A stretch of 64,000 nucleotides of DNA from Hormiphora californensis (lineage: Eukaryota; Animalia; Ctenophora), in NCBI GenBank assembly GCA_020137815.1, contig CM035354.1, positions 3,968,001 to 4,032,000 of the forward strand, given 5' to 3'. The notes under the pieces are model-generated. The model had not been told where the DNA came from, did not search any database, and worked only from the letters and a program-made list of their open reading frames with translations. Of the stretch, positions 11,028-34,642 are shown piece by piece; position 1 is the stretch's first letter; each line of letters opens with the position of its first letter. Made by a program: the position numbers and the translations under genes.

Positions 11028-12725
11028 ATGAGGGGAGTTATTAACCAAACGACAGCACACACCGCATCTAAACGCCGGGACCAAGCCCTCCTTTCTGGAG
11101 GGGGCACGAAACTTCCCCACATAACCCGGTCACCAGTTGTGTCTGGGGGCGAGAGGAGGTCCCGGGTTGAGGTTCTCTCAGGAGGTGAGAGGAGATCCCG
11201 GGCAGAGGTTTTATCGGGAGGAGAGAGACGTTCCCGAGTGGCACAAGGAGGTGGCCCACCTAAACGAGGTGGAGGAGGGCCCAGAGTGGCATCAAGTGGG
11301 GAAGTGCGACAGAAAGGTGGGGAAGTGCGACAGAAAGGCAGGCCACTGGCAGCTCGGCAAGATAACCAGAACACTATCAGGGACAGGTCAAGTGGGAGGA
11401 ATATTAGATCTAGGATAGCATCAGATGAAAGTAGTGATTCGGTAAAGAGGTGGAGAGATGCGGCATCTAGGAACAAAGTTAATAGACCTGCTAGGACCAT
11501 GGGAGATGTAGCGGACAGACTCGTCCCCAAATCAGGTACTACATACTCATCAGCATTGTTATTATGTTTAGCCAGAAGTTTTTTTGATCACTTTCTCTGT
11601 TCAATTCCATTTCAAAATGCAGGCTCCCTTCTGCATTCATTCTGCCTTACCTCTAAAACCCAGGAGTAACAGTTTCACTCTCTAATATCCCCTGGCCCTC
11701 TGCAGGAGTAACACTAACACTAATTTCCTCCCCTCACTGCCGCTCAGGAGCTGCTCGAAAACCCAAATCAGACATGGACCTGAACAAGAAATACTCTGGT
11801 TGTGTGTGTGAAGTTTGCAGTATGCAGATCCACGAGAAACTAAAGAGGGGTTACACAAAATACAAGCAGCTGGAAAACCCAAAAGCTTGGTAAGGATGGT
11901 TAGAGATTTTTGTCGGTTTTGAAATTTACCCCCATGGCTCTGCCCGGACTTGGATAGTTTAGGTTTATTGGTCTTGATTCTTGACATATTGGTATTTCTG
12001 TTTCAGTAACAAGTGCAAAAAGAAGGAGGTGGATTTTGATTTTTACCAGATTTGTGTAGCTTGTGCTAAAGAGCTAGGAGTGTGTGCAAAATGCGCTACT
12101 GGATCAACCAAGTAAGTAAAATTCTGGGTCAATGCCCTGGGTAATCGTCATTTTAAATTTTTAAGAGGTAACCTGATGGTGATATGAACCTGATGATGAA
12201 TCTTCATCGATTTATTCTCTCGATACGATGAGCTGTACCTGCCATTATACATACCAATTTGAAAACCAACCAGCACATAACTTTTCAGGTTGTCAGGCGC
12301 ACGGTTTGTGGAAGTGGTTCGTGCAGGGGTTGAGGAAAACTTCCTGGAAATGAGTCCCACACAACTTCGTAAGTGTAGTCCTAGACGGTTCTAATTGGCC
12401 CTGGTTTTGGGGGAGTCTTTATTTGTTCTGATATCATAAATGGTTTTGGTGAATGATTTGGGGGACAACACAAACAGTGAATTCCTGATTTTTAACACCT
12501 CTCTAATCCACAGAAAAGTTTGCTAAGAGGCAGGCAAAATTAAAGTTTGTGGAGCAAGAAATAGAGGTGCTGGAAGATACCGTGGCAAGCCCTGCCTCCT
12601 CCTCCCGACCATCCTCAGCCGCAAGTACAGTAGTAAAACTACCACCCGTGGCTGGAGAAGAGAGCAGGCGGAGAAAGAAGAAATCCACGGTACGATCTTG
12701 GGAGATAATCCCCTTCCAGAGATGA
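11028..12725 (+). CDS. C9orf85/DUF2039-like zinc-binding protein with a G/R-rich N-terminal extension
   Basis: Exons 11028-11535, 11748-11888, ~12008-12111, ~12289-12368, ~12513-12725 give ...GCVCEVCSMQIHEKLKRGYTKYKQLENPKACNKCKKKEVDFDFYQICVACAKELGVCAKC, versus human C9orf85 GVCQRC..YSKYKPLSKPKKCVKC..YHIMCRPCACELEVCAKC. Start codon uncertain. Confidence 0.75.
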
Positions 12726-13139
12726 TAGGGAGAGAGCATCTATCTTTGCCGAGAAGTTGAGATTCTTGTGAGAGTATTTTATTTTTTTGAGAACATGATC
12801 ACTGCAACTGATCAGATTCAGAGTGAAAGAAAGTGAGTCCGGGCGAAAAAAGAGTTGACATGAAAAAAAATTTGTGCCTCGTCCTTTAAAATCTGTGTCT
12901 AGTTTCTTTTGACTATCAAATCACACATTTCCAAAATATCTGTCCGTCAGTATATCTGTGACTTGGACCTCCAACCACTAAACAAGTGCACCTCATTTAA
13001 AACCGTCTCATTAAATCGTGCTGCCTATAAAAAATGACAAGCACTTGTCGCTCATAAAACTAAAAGACTGAAGGGAGAGAGAGAGAGAGGTAAACCTGTC
13101 ACTGTGCGTGTGTGCATGACAACTGTAACATAAAAGCAG

Positions 13140-16100
13140 TTGGAAGATTGCCAAAATATTTCCAACCTCTTCAGGCGAGTGGAAGCAGATCTCTGACATC
13201 CTCAACAAGCCCCCTTGTCACATCTTCCTCCAGTCCTCTGCCCGATCAGCCCCCTAAACGGAGATCTGCCCGCCGTAGTGCTGCTCGACAGAGAAAGGTG
13301 GGCGTGTTTATTGGATACCATGGTTACCGTTCATATCAGAGTTTAACTTTTAGGATCGAATGTTCTAGAACATTCTAGAACCTTCTAGAACCTTCTAGAA
13401 AACACAAGAACATTATAGAATAGAAACATTCTCACCCCACCCTCCTTACCTCACCATAAAATACTTTCCATCTCTCTACTACTTATTCTCTCAGAGTTCA
13501 AGCGAGGTAATTCGTCAAATCCGATCCTTGACGAACCTGGATGTCACTTCACCAACAGCCGCTGCTTCCGTGCTGCGAGAAATTCGGTGAGTGACGTGTA
13601 TTCCATGCGTCAAACTGGATAATTTAAATATTTCTAATGATCACATTATAACTCGTGTATTCAGTGAATAATTCACACTGTAATGTACACCGTCACGCAC
13701 ATCACACAATTGTGTGACGTGCTGCTTGTTGTGAGTCAGCTCACAGTTTTTAAAAACATCACAAAAATAGAGTTTGAATTCTTTCTCACGATCCCCTCCC
13801 TCCCCACTAGGTCGCTAACAGATATCAATCTCTATGAGTTGGAGGAGGGGTCAATGGAGGGTGGGAGCTCAGCAGGGGATCTGGCTGATCCAGAACAACA
13901 GGAGGAAGAGGAGGAGGTTTACACACCATTTAGTGAGGAAGATGTGGAGTGTTGCACTTCACCGACCATTCCCGTGATCAGCGTTACCATGGCAACCAAG
14001 GTGGAAGATGGGAAGGAAGAACAACAATTGGAGGAGGAAGAAGGGGAGGATTATGGGGAGGAAGAGAAGGGGGAAGAAGTTGGGGAGGAAGAACAACAGT
14101 TGGGGGAGAAAGATGAAAATATGGATGAAGAAGATGTAGAGCATGAAGTTGGGGAGCAGGTAGATGATTCACATTTGGACGAACAAGAGGATGACCAAAT
14201 CGAGAAGGATTTAGAAGAGCAGGATAAAGTTCAGGATGTTGAAAACAAAAATGAACATGGACAGGAAGAGGAAAACGAGGGAGAGGAAGAAAATACGAAT
14301 CAATTAGATCAAGAGGACGTTGAACCTGTGAAGGAGCAGACTCCTGAACCTGTAAAGGAGCAGACACCTGAACCTGTGAAGGAGCAGACACCTGAACATG
14401 TGAAGGAGCAGACACCTGAACTTGTGGAGGAGCAGACACCTGAACCTGCGAAGGAGCAAACACCTGAACCTGCGAAGGAGCAAACACCTGAACTTGTGAA
14501 GGAGCAGACACCTGAACTTGTGAAGGAGAAGATACCTGAACCTGTGAAGGAGCAGACACCCGAACCTGTGAAGGAGCAGACACCTGAACCTGCGAAGGAG
14601 CAAACACCTGAACCTGCGAAGGAGCAAACACCTGAACCTGTGAAGGAGCAAACACCGGAACCCGTGAAGGAGCAGACACCTGAACATGTGAAGGAGCAGA
14701 CACCTGCACCTGAGAAGGAGCAGACACCTGAACCTGCGAAGGAGCAAACACCTGAACTTGTGAAGGAGCAGGCACCTGAACATGTAAAGGAGCAGACACC
14801 TGAACATGTGAAGGAGCAGACACCTGCACCTGAGAAGGAGCAGACACCTGAACCTGCGAAGGAGCAAACACCTGAACCTGTGAAGGAGCAGACTCCTGAA
14901 CCTGCAAAGGAGGAGACACCTGAACTTGTGAAGGAGCAGACACTTGAACATGTGAAGGAGCAGACACCTGAACCTGTGAAGGAGCAAACACCTGAACCTG
15001 TGAAGGAGCAGATACCTGAATCTGTGAAGGAGCAGACACCTGAACCTGTGAAGGAGCAGACTCCTGAACCTGTGAAGGCGCAGAAACCTGAACCTGTGAA
15101 GGAGCAGACACCTGAATCTGTGAAGGAGCAGATACCTGAACCTGTGAAGGAGCAAACACCAGAACCTGTGAAGGAGCAGACACCTGAACCCGTGAAGGAG
15201 CAGACACCTGAACCTATGAAGGAGCAAACACCTGAACCTGTGAAGGAGCAGATACCTGAACCTGTGAAGGAGCAGATAGCTGAACCTGTGAAGGAGCAGA
15301 CATCTGAACTTGTGAAGGAGCAGACACCTGAAGCTATGAAGGAGCAAACACCTGAACCTGTGAAGGAGCAAGCACCTAAACTAGAAGGAGCAGACAACTG
15401 AAATTCCAGAAGATCCCACACCTGTACCTGGCAATAGCTTCCCTAAAATCACTCCTGAACCCAAAGAAGAACTGGGCTCCACCTCCCCAAAAACAGCTGG
15501 CCTTCTTCTACAGCAGATGTGTGCCACTCCACCCGAAACCTCCAACCCCGTCTGCACCCCTGCTGACGAAGATCCACCCTCGACAATGGGAACTGAACAA
15601 TCTGGGGATAATTACCAAGAGGAGGCCGGCCAAGATGATTATGAGGCTGATTTTGAGTCCGATGATGATGGTGATGATGATGATAGATCGGTTGGGTATA
15701 CTGGGTACGAGAGGGAACCTGTTGAGATGGTGGGTGATGCCCTTATTGAGAGGTTCAATCATATGCAGATGGAGGACAACCTCAATATACTAGAGGTAAA
15801 TATGTTACAGTAATAGGACCTCCTATTATAGGAGGTTAACATAACCTCAATATACTAGAGATAAATAGGGAGTGGGTTTGAATTTTGAAACTTGAATGTG
15901 GGGGTCCGTATTGTGTCTTGTGTCTGATTTCCCCCTCCTAACACCCAAGTTTCCTACGCAAAACGTTGTCCTTGTTATGTATGATCTCGCCCTCCTAACA
16001 CCACACAATGTTTCAGATCGACTATGAGGATGAGCCCTGCCGAGAACCACCACCTCACCACTACACCGAACCTGACCAATACTACTTTCTATCGGGGAGG

Positions 16101-16250
16101 TTGAGAAGGCGGTTAGACGATATTCCCGAGGAGGGGTCCCTCTCTAAGGACACTACTTTTGTGAGCAGCGCCATGACAAAGGAACCCACGTTCGAGCAAA
16201 TGAGCCGAGAAACGAGTAAAGTAGACCCTGAAGTTGTGGTGACCACGTGA
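13140..16250 (+). CDS. Acidic low-complexity protein with tandem PEPVKEQT repeats; apparent frameshift near 15384; 5' end uncertain
   Basis: Exons ~13140-13297, 13494-13586, 13811-15795 and ~16017-16250 with GT-AG ends; Glu-rich tract followed by 8-aa repeats. Confidence 0.6.
14323..15400 (+). repeat. Coding 24-bp minisatellite, roughly 45 copies (PEPVKEQT)
   Basis: Unit CCTGAACCTGTGAAGGAGCAGACA with variants. Confidence 0.95.
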
Positions 16251-16996
16251 TGAACAGTGCACGGTAGATTTACCGACCATGTGTAAATATAGGCTGTGGT
16301 GTTATACTACATGACTGTATTGTCCCGCACGGTTCGGATAGGACCTGAGCAGTCTGAGACAATCACAAAGGCTGTGTTGGTGCTAGGAATAGGACCCCTA
16401 GGACATGAGATATTGAGATAAAGATCAGGATATATCTGACGATCTTTCAAAGAAACTGAACTGGCCGAATACAGAAACAGTAATCTTTTTCAGCTACTGC
16501 TGCTGCAGTTTAAGGTCTTTCTGGCGGCGCCGACCCGATATGAGCACACGGGGTCACCGTCTTAGGTCTGTTTTGATACTGATTTGAGAACAGTGAACAG
16601 TTTTAATTGTTGTTCGAAAGTTTTTAATCCTTTTTACCAAACCTTATTCAAGACATTTGTTAATTTGTTCACTATTTATCTCCCGCACTTTTCTCACGGT
16701 AGAGAGATGGTTCTCCCGCCTCCTCAGACCCCATTTCCGGTTTAAACAAAGAAAAAGGGGTGTATCTCAGGGTGGAAATATACAAAAGGAGTTCTATCAT
16801 ACATAATGTCGTAGTGTGTCACATAAATAAATCTCTTTCTCTGTAGATAAATAAAATAAGTGTTCTGATATTGCACAATGATCAGTCCTTCTCAAGTGTC
16901 CCAGCACTTCTCACGTGTCCCGCTCACGTTCCCAGTCCTTCTCAAATTGCTATAGTGTCTGGTGTCATCACAAATCCTAGTTTCTCTTCTCTGACT

Positions 16997-28485
<11,489 letters not shown>

Positions 28486-28841
28486 GTTCAGCTGCTGTTG
28501 TTGCTCCTATCTCTCTCTCTCTCAGTTGTTATTTTTTCTCCTTATTTCTGTACCCACTCTCAATACCCCTTTATCATTACTCTTTGAAAGCTAAACAAAA
28601 TATAATGGTTCTCAGCTGGGTGATGGGGCCAGGGGGGGGGGGTGACGTGGTCAATGGTCATTGGTTGGGGTAGGTTTTAAAAGGTTGACAAAAGGTTTTG
28701 CATACTATTATTAGAACTGGGGTACCAGGAGAAGAATGGTGATGTACCGGCGACCTAGCCTCGTCTTTAATACATGAAAGCTCAATGGTTTGTTCTTCTC
28801 CTTCTCGTTTTTCTCATTATATGTACTAATTCGCCTCTCTC

Positions 28842-29512
28842 TTAAAGTAAGAGTGACGCGCCGTGTTTTCTCACAAAACTTAGTGGATGAACGGGGAGTA
28901 CCACCAGGACCATTGGTACGGTATCGAAAATTTCCAATTCTGTCTCGTTCATTAGTTATGACGTAATATGTTCATTATTTAAACTTTTATAAAATTGCTC
29001 TACAGAAAAATCTGTGCATTGTGGGTTGAAATGGATGCTTGCATCGTGTTCAGCGTCAAAAAATAGCCGGGGTACCAAATTTTGGTGTCTCTACCTTGTC
29101 TGTGATGCGATATATCGACATTTATCAAAAATGACCAAAAATGGGAGAAAGAGAGTTTGTTATCTTTGGGTGCTAGTTGTTTGTGTGCGCCACCCAACTG
29201 TAACAAACTCTCTTTCTCTCACTTTGGTTGTTTTTTATATTTGTCAATATCTCGCGTCACAGACAAGGTAGAGACACCAAGATTTGGTACCCCGGCTATT
29301 TTTTGACGCTGAACGCGATGCAAGCATCCATTTCAATCCACAATGCACAGATAGAGCAATTTTATAAAAGTTTAAATAATGAACATATTACGTCATAACT
29401 AATGAACGAGACAGAATTGGAAATTTTCGATACCGTACCAATGGTCCTGGTGGTACTCCCCGTTCATCCACTAAGTTTTGTGAGAAAATACGGCGCGCCA
29501 CTCTTACTTTAA
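28842..29512. mobile_element. Foldback MITE with ~260-bp arms and TTAA flanks (Kolobok-like termini)
   Basis: TTAA-AGTAAGAGTG... / ...CACTCTTACT-TTAA; near-perfect long inverted arms. Confidence 0.85.
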
Positions 29513-29672
29513 ACTGGGGTGCCTATCATATTTTCTTGCCATTTGTAATTTGTAATAATTTGTAATAATTTGTAGTAAATTTAGAATCCACTGATCTCAA
29601 TTATTATCAGCTGGCATACCCTAAAACTGTCTTTTAACTCCCTGCTAACGTGAACCCATGTTTTAGCAGAAG

Positions 29673-30581
29673 ATGAATGTTTCTCTGGTACTCCAAGTAG
29701 CCTACACGATAGTAGCCTGTTTTCTGGGTCTATTGGGAAACACCCTCGTCCTCCACGCCACCCAATCCACCAGGGCTTCATTCAAAGTGGATAAAATTAC
29801 CGTTTTTCTGATCCGTAACCTGGCCATATCTGACTGGCTTTACATTGTCCTGGTAATCCTTCCATCTGCAAATTGTTTCTTAGGCAATGAGTGGCACCTG
29901 GGCACCTTTACCTGCTACTTTGTAGCCTTTGTTGGGACATGGTTAGCATCCGCTAATCTCCATTTCCTTCTCTTCGTGGCAGCTCATCGGTTTCTGAAAT
30001 GCGTCGCACCATGGAAGGCCTATAAGCTGTCTAAACAGCATGTAATAGTGATTGGAATTGCGATATGGGTCTACTCAGGAGGAAAGATAATGATTCTGGC
30101 AGCGATGGGATGCGGGATCAAGTATATCCCCGATGTGTACCGCTGTGGTGTGGATTATGTTGATTTTGGACACGAGCACCCTCCAGTCCTTATCTTTGTT
30201 TGGATCATTGGAAAATGGATCCCTTTCACACTGATCCTAGTGCTGAACATTTGCCTGTTGGTGATTGCAAGAATTCGATTTGGGAGGACCACTAACCGAG
30301 GACTAACAATGATTATCTCCATCTCTCTAGTTCTCACGGTAGCCTGGATACCACCCTTTCTGTACAGTATTCTGGGTGCTATACGACACCCGACTCTCAC
30401 CGCACCTGGTAGGATAGTCCTATTTGAGCTGGCCGCCTATAATTTCTACATGATTGGACTGTTTGCAAATCCCATTGTTTACGGATTTAGAGATAAACAC
30501 TTCCAGGCGTACATCAAGAAGAATTGTGAGAGACTGAGGGTCTGTTGCACCCCCACACCACCGTCTGTTGAATGGAGCTGA
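29673..30581 (+). CDS. Intronless rhodopsin-like (class A) GPCR
   Basis: Seven hydrophobic segments; GN in TM1, NLAISD in TM2, HRF (DRY variant), WIP in TM6, NPIVY in TM7. Confidence 0.9.
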   Translation: MNVSLVLQVAYTIVACFLGLLGNTLVLHATQSTRASFKVDKITVFLIRNLAISDWLYIVLVILPSANCFLGNEWHLGTFTCYFVAFVGTWLASANLHFLLFVAAHRFLKCVAPWKAYKLSKQHVIVIGIAIWVYSGGKIMILAAMGCGIKYIPDVYRCGVDYVDFGHEHPPVLIFVWIIGKWIPFTLILVLNICLLVIARIRFGRTTNRGLTMIISISLVLTVAWIPPFLYSILGAIRHPTLTAPGRIVLFELAAYNFYMIGLFANPIVYGFRDKHFQAYIKKNCERLRVCCTPTPPSVEWS

Positions 30582-31359
30582 AAATGTTGCTCATAGCGTT
30601 AGAACATAACCCAACTGCTGAAGTGTGTGTGAATATTATATTACAATGATCTATATTTTATGATTTTGTAAATCCTTTGAAATCCGAGTATTTTATATAA
30701 GCTTCCATAATACAAAATATATGCATTTCTTTCGAGTCATGTATTTATCTGTGGAACTAAATCCTAAAATGATCTGATGACCGAAAGGACAGTTTATTGA
30801 ATCATAATTCCCAACCTTAGCACGATTTATCGCCTTATATCGAAGATTACATATTGCAATTGCAGTAAAATGTAAGTATGTACTGTTAGTACTGCTATTC
30901 GCAGTTCGCTATCAGCTACGAGATTTGAGATTCTCCAATCCGTTTAATCAATACACAATACACAGGAAAATTTCCATTGGAAATGAGCAACTTGAACAGC
31001 TTACATTATATGCTAATCATTTACTCAATGCTCCGAGAGACTGACAACAGTTAGGTTTTGTGTAAAAAAGTCAATCGAATTTCATCAAGTTTGCGAAGAC
31101 TTGCAAGTAAATGCAGCAACTCAGCATCGCGTCGTTGAAATATCATAAGACATGGATAATCTGAGTAGACCCCTTTAGTCTTTACTTGGTGTATAACTGT
31201 TCCTCTCCTTAGAGGGCAGTAAGCAAGTTTTTTGAAGTGGAGTTTTAAGTGGAGTTTGAAGTGGATAATGGATATTGAACTTGAACTTGATTATTATATC
31301 AAAAAGCCCCGAGAAGCAAGAAACAGAGTTAATAGGCCCTTATATAGAGCATCAGTGCG

Positions 31360-31472
31360 ACTTAAAATTTTTTTACAATTTGTAAATTTGTACGCCCTTT
31401 GGCCTCGCTGACGCACTGCGTCAGCGAGGCCAAAGGGCGTAAAAATTTACAAATTGTAAAAAAATTTTAAGT
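31360..31472. repeat. Near-perfect ~110-bp palindrome
   Basis: Centre ...GGCCTCGCTGACGCA-C-TGCGTCAGCGAGGCC... with AT-rich outer arms. Confidence 0.9.
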
Positions 31473-32334
31473 TTTTTATTTCCAGCTGCCAACTTTTTTT
31501 TTACTTGAATCAAACAATGCGCGGCGCAAAATGCATCGTAATCCAAAAGTGTTTGGCGCGTTACAAATATAGTGGGGAAAATGGGGGGGTGCGCGGCGTC
31601 GTTTTTCGATTTGCGCGTCGGAGCGCGCTGCGCGTTTTGTACATTTTGAAAATTTTTGTCGATTTCGAAATTCCAAGCTCAATTTGACCCAGACTTTTTT
31701 AAAAAAGTGTGCATTTTTAAAAAAAAGTGTGTATTTTTTGTTTTGACTTTTGCTTTCCTAAGAACGACTTCCCAAACAATAAAAAACCTTTGGAAAGGCG
31801 AATTTATGATTCTCCCGTCATTGATAAGTAAAAAATGCCAGCAAACAGTCTATGGTATGCGATTGGTTGTCCTCTGACCGTCAGGCCCTATTTGGAATTC
31901 TGGAAAAAAGGGCATATATGGCGTCTGGCGAGTACTAAACTTTGCAGTTACTATACAATTGATGGAAGAGGTGGAGTTGGAGGGTTATGTGAATAAAAAA
32001 GGTTTGTTCTAGGTATTGACTTCAAGCCACGGCTCTCTTTTCATTTCTTCCCCTTCTTGTCAGCACGGGTCCACTGATAGAAGTGTTAAAATGGGTAATG
32101 GGCTACCAAAAACGAATTTCTAACGACCAAATCCCATTCAGGAGTACCTCTGGCTATTAAAATGTGCCACCACCGGGCACCGAGAGTTACGATGGTGTGT
32201 AATCCACAGTCAACGGAGTGTTCGACTACCACATGCGGCATGGGACAGTCCACTTCTTCTGTTGACCCTCATCTGGAGATATCTCCATGATAGGTTAGTG
32301 TGTTATGCGTACAGCTACCCCAAGCGCCACTACC

Positions 32335-33858
32335 CTTTCTCTTCTCTTCCCTTCCCTTCCCTTCTCTTCCCTTCTCTTCCCTTCCCTTCCCTTCTCTTCC
32401 CTTCCCTTCCCTTCCCTTCCCTTCCCTTCCCTTCCCTTCCCTTCCCTTCCCTTCCCTTCCCTTCCCTTCCCTTCCCTTCCCTTCCCTTCCCTTCCCTTCC
32501 CTTCCCTTCCCTTCCCTTCCCTTCCCTTCCCTTCCCTTCCCTTCCCTTCCCTTCCCTTCCCTTCCCTTCCCTTCCTTCCCTTCCCTTCCCTTCCCTTCCC
32601 TTCCCTTCCCTTCCCTTCCCTTCCCTTCCCTTCCCTTCCCTTCCCTTCCCTTCCCTTCCCTTCCCTTCCCTTCCCTTCCCTTCCCTTCCCTTCCCTTCCC
32701 TTCCCTTCCCTTCCCTTCCCTTCCCTTCCCTTCCCTTCCCTTCCCTTCCCTTCCCTTCCCTTCCCTTCCCTTCCCTTCCCTTCCCTTCCCTTCCCTTCCC
32801 TTCCCTTCCCTTCCCTTCCCTTCCCTTCCCTTCCCTTCCCTTCCCTTCCCTTCCCTTCCCTTCCCTTCCCTTCCCTTCCCTTCCCTTCCCTTCCCTTCCC
32901 TTCCCTTCCCTTCCCTTCCCTTCCCTTCCCTTCCCTTCCCTTCCCTTCCCTTCCCTTCCCTTCCCTTCCCTTCCCTTCCCTTCCCTTCCCTTCCCTTCCC
33001 TTCCCTTCCCTTCCCTTCCCTTCCCTTCCCTTCCCTTCCCTTCCCTTCCCTTCCCTTCCCTTCCCTTCCCTTCCCTTCCCTTCCCTTCCCTTCCCTTCCC
33101 TTCCCTTCCCTTCCCTTCCCTTCCCTTCCCTTCCCTTCCCTTCCCTTCCCTTCCCTTCCCTTCCCTTCCCTTCCCTTCCCTTCCCTTCCCTTCCCTTCCC
33201 TTCCCTTCCCTTCCCTTCCCTTCCCTTCCCTTCCCTTCCCTTCCCTTCCCTTCCCTTCCCTTCCCTTCCCTTCCCTTCCCTTCCCTTCCCTTCCCTTCCC
33301 TTCCCTTCCCTTCCCTTCCCTTCCCTTCCCTTCCCTTCCCTTCCCTTCCCTTCCCTTCCCTTCCCTTCCCTTCCCTTCCCTTCCCTTCCCTTCCCTTCCC
33401 TTCCCTTCCCTTCCCTTCCCTTCCCTTCCCTTCCCTTCCCTTCCCTTCCCTTCCCTTCCCTTCCCTTCCCTTCCCTTCCCTTCCCTTCCCTTCCCTTCCC
33501 TTCCCTTCCCTTCCCTTCCCTTCCCTTCCCTTCCCTTCCCTTCCCTTCCCTTCCTTCCCTTCCCTTCCCTTCCCTTCCCTTCCCTTCCCTTCCCTTCCCT
33601 TCCCTTCCCTTCCCTTCCCTTCCCTTCCCTTCCCTTCCCTTCCCTTCCCTTCCCTTCCCTTCCCTTCCCTTCCCTTCCCTTCCCTTCCCTTCCCTTCCCT
33701 TCCCTTCCCTTCCCTTCCCTTCCCTTCCCTTCCCTTCCCTTCCCTTCCCTTCCCTTCCCTTCCCTTCCCTTCCCTTCCCTTCCCTTCCCTTCCCTTCCCT
33801 TCCCTTCCCTTCCCCTCCCTTCTCTTCCCCTCCCTTCTCTTCCCCTCCCTTCCTCCCT
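32335..33858. repeat. (CTTCC)n pentanucleotide tract, ~1.5 kb
   Basis: Direct reading; nearly perfect, with two single-base slips. Confidence 0.98.
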
Positions 33859-34642
33859 AAATTCTCCCTAATTTATCCCTAATTTATTCCTAATTTATTC
33901 CTAATTTATTCCTAATTTATCCTTAATTTATCCCTAAATTCTCCCTAAACTCTCCCTAAATTCTCCCTAAATTCTCCCTAATTTATTCCTAATTTATCCC
34001 TAATTTATCCCTAATTTATCCCTAAATTCTCCCTAAATTCTCCCTAATTTATCCCTAATTTATTCCTAATTTATTCCTAATTCATCCCTAATTTATCCCT
34101 AAATTCTCCCTAAATTCTCCCTAAATTCTCCCTAATTTATTCCTAATTTATTCCTAATTTATCCCTAATTTATCCCTAATTTATCCCTAAATTCTCCCTA
34201 AATTCTCCCTAAATTCTCCCTAAACTCTCCCTAAATTCTCCATAAATTCTCCCTAATTTATCCCTAATTTATTCCTAATTTATTCCTAATTTATCCCTAA
34301 TTTATCCCTAGTTTATCCCTAAATTCTCCCTAAACTCTCCCTAAAGTCTCCCTAAATTCTCCCTAAATTCTCCCTAAATTCTACCTAAATTCTCCCTAAA
34401 TTCTTCCTAATTTATCCCTAATTTATTCCTAATTTATTCCTAATTTATCCCTAATTTATCCCTAATTTATCCCTAAATTCTCCCTAAACTCTCTCTAAAG
34501 TCTCCCTAAATTCTCCCTAAATTCTCCCTAAATTCTCCCTAAATTCTCCCTAATTTACCCCTAATTTATCCCTAATTTATCCCTAATTTATCCCTAATTT
34601 CCCCTAATTTCTCCCTAATTTCTCCCTAATTTCCCCTAATTT
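33854..34642. repeat. CCCTAA-containing 11-mer satellite (CCCTAATTTAT / CCCTAAATTCT variants)
   Basis: About 70 tandem 11-bp units in alternating blocks of the two variants. Confidence 0.92.

Noticed and set aside
11682-11987. Minus-strand 101-aa ORF
   Set aside because: Antisense to a well-supported DUF2039 exon; no independent support.
13984-15421. Three long antisense ORFs over the PEPVKEQT array
   Set aside because: The 24-bp unit has no minus-strand stops; these are shadows of the + strand gene.
32262-33882. Three >500-aa ORFs of (FPSLP)n
   Set aside because: Artefact of the stop-free (CTTCC)n tract.
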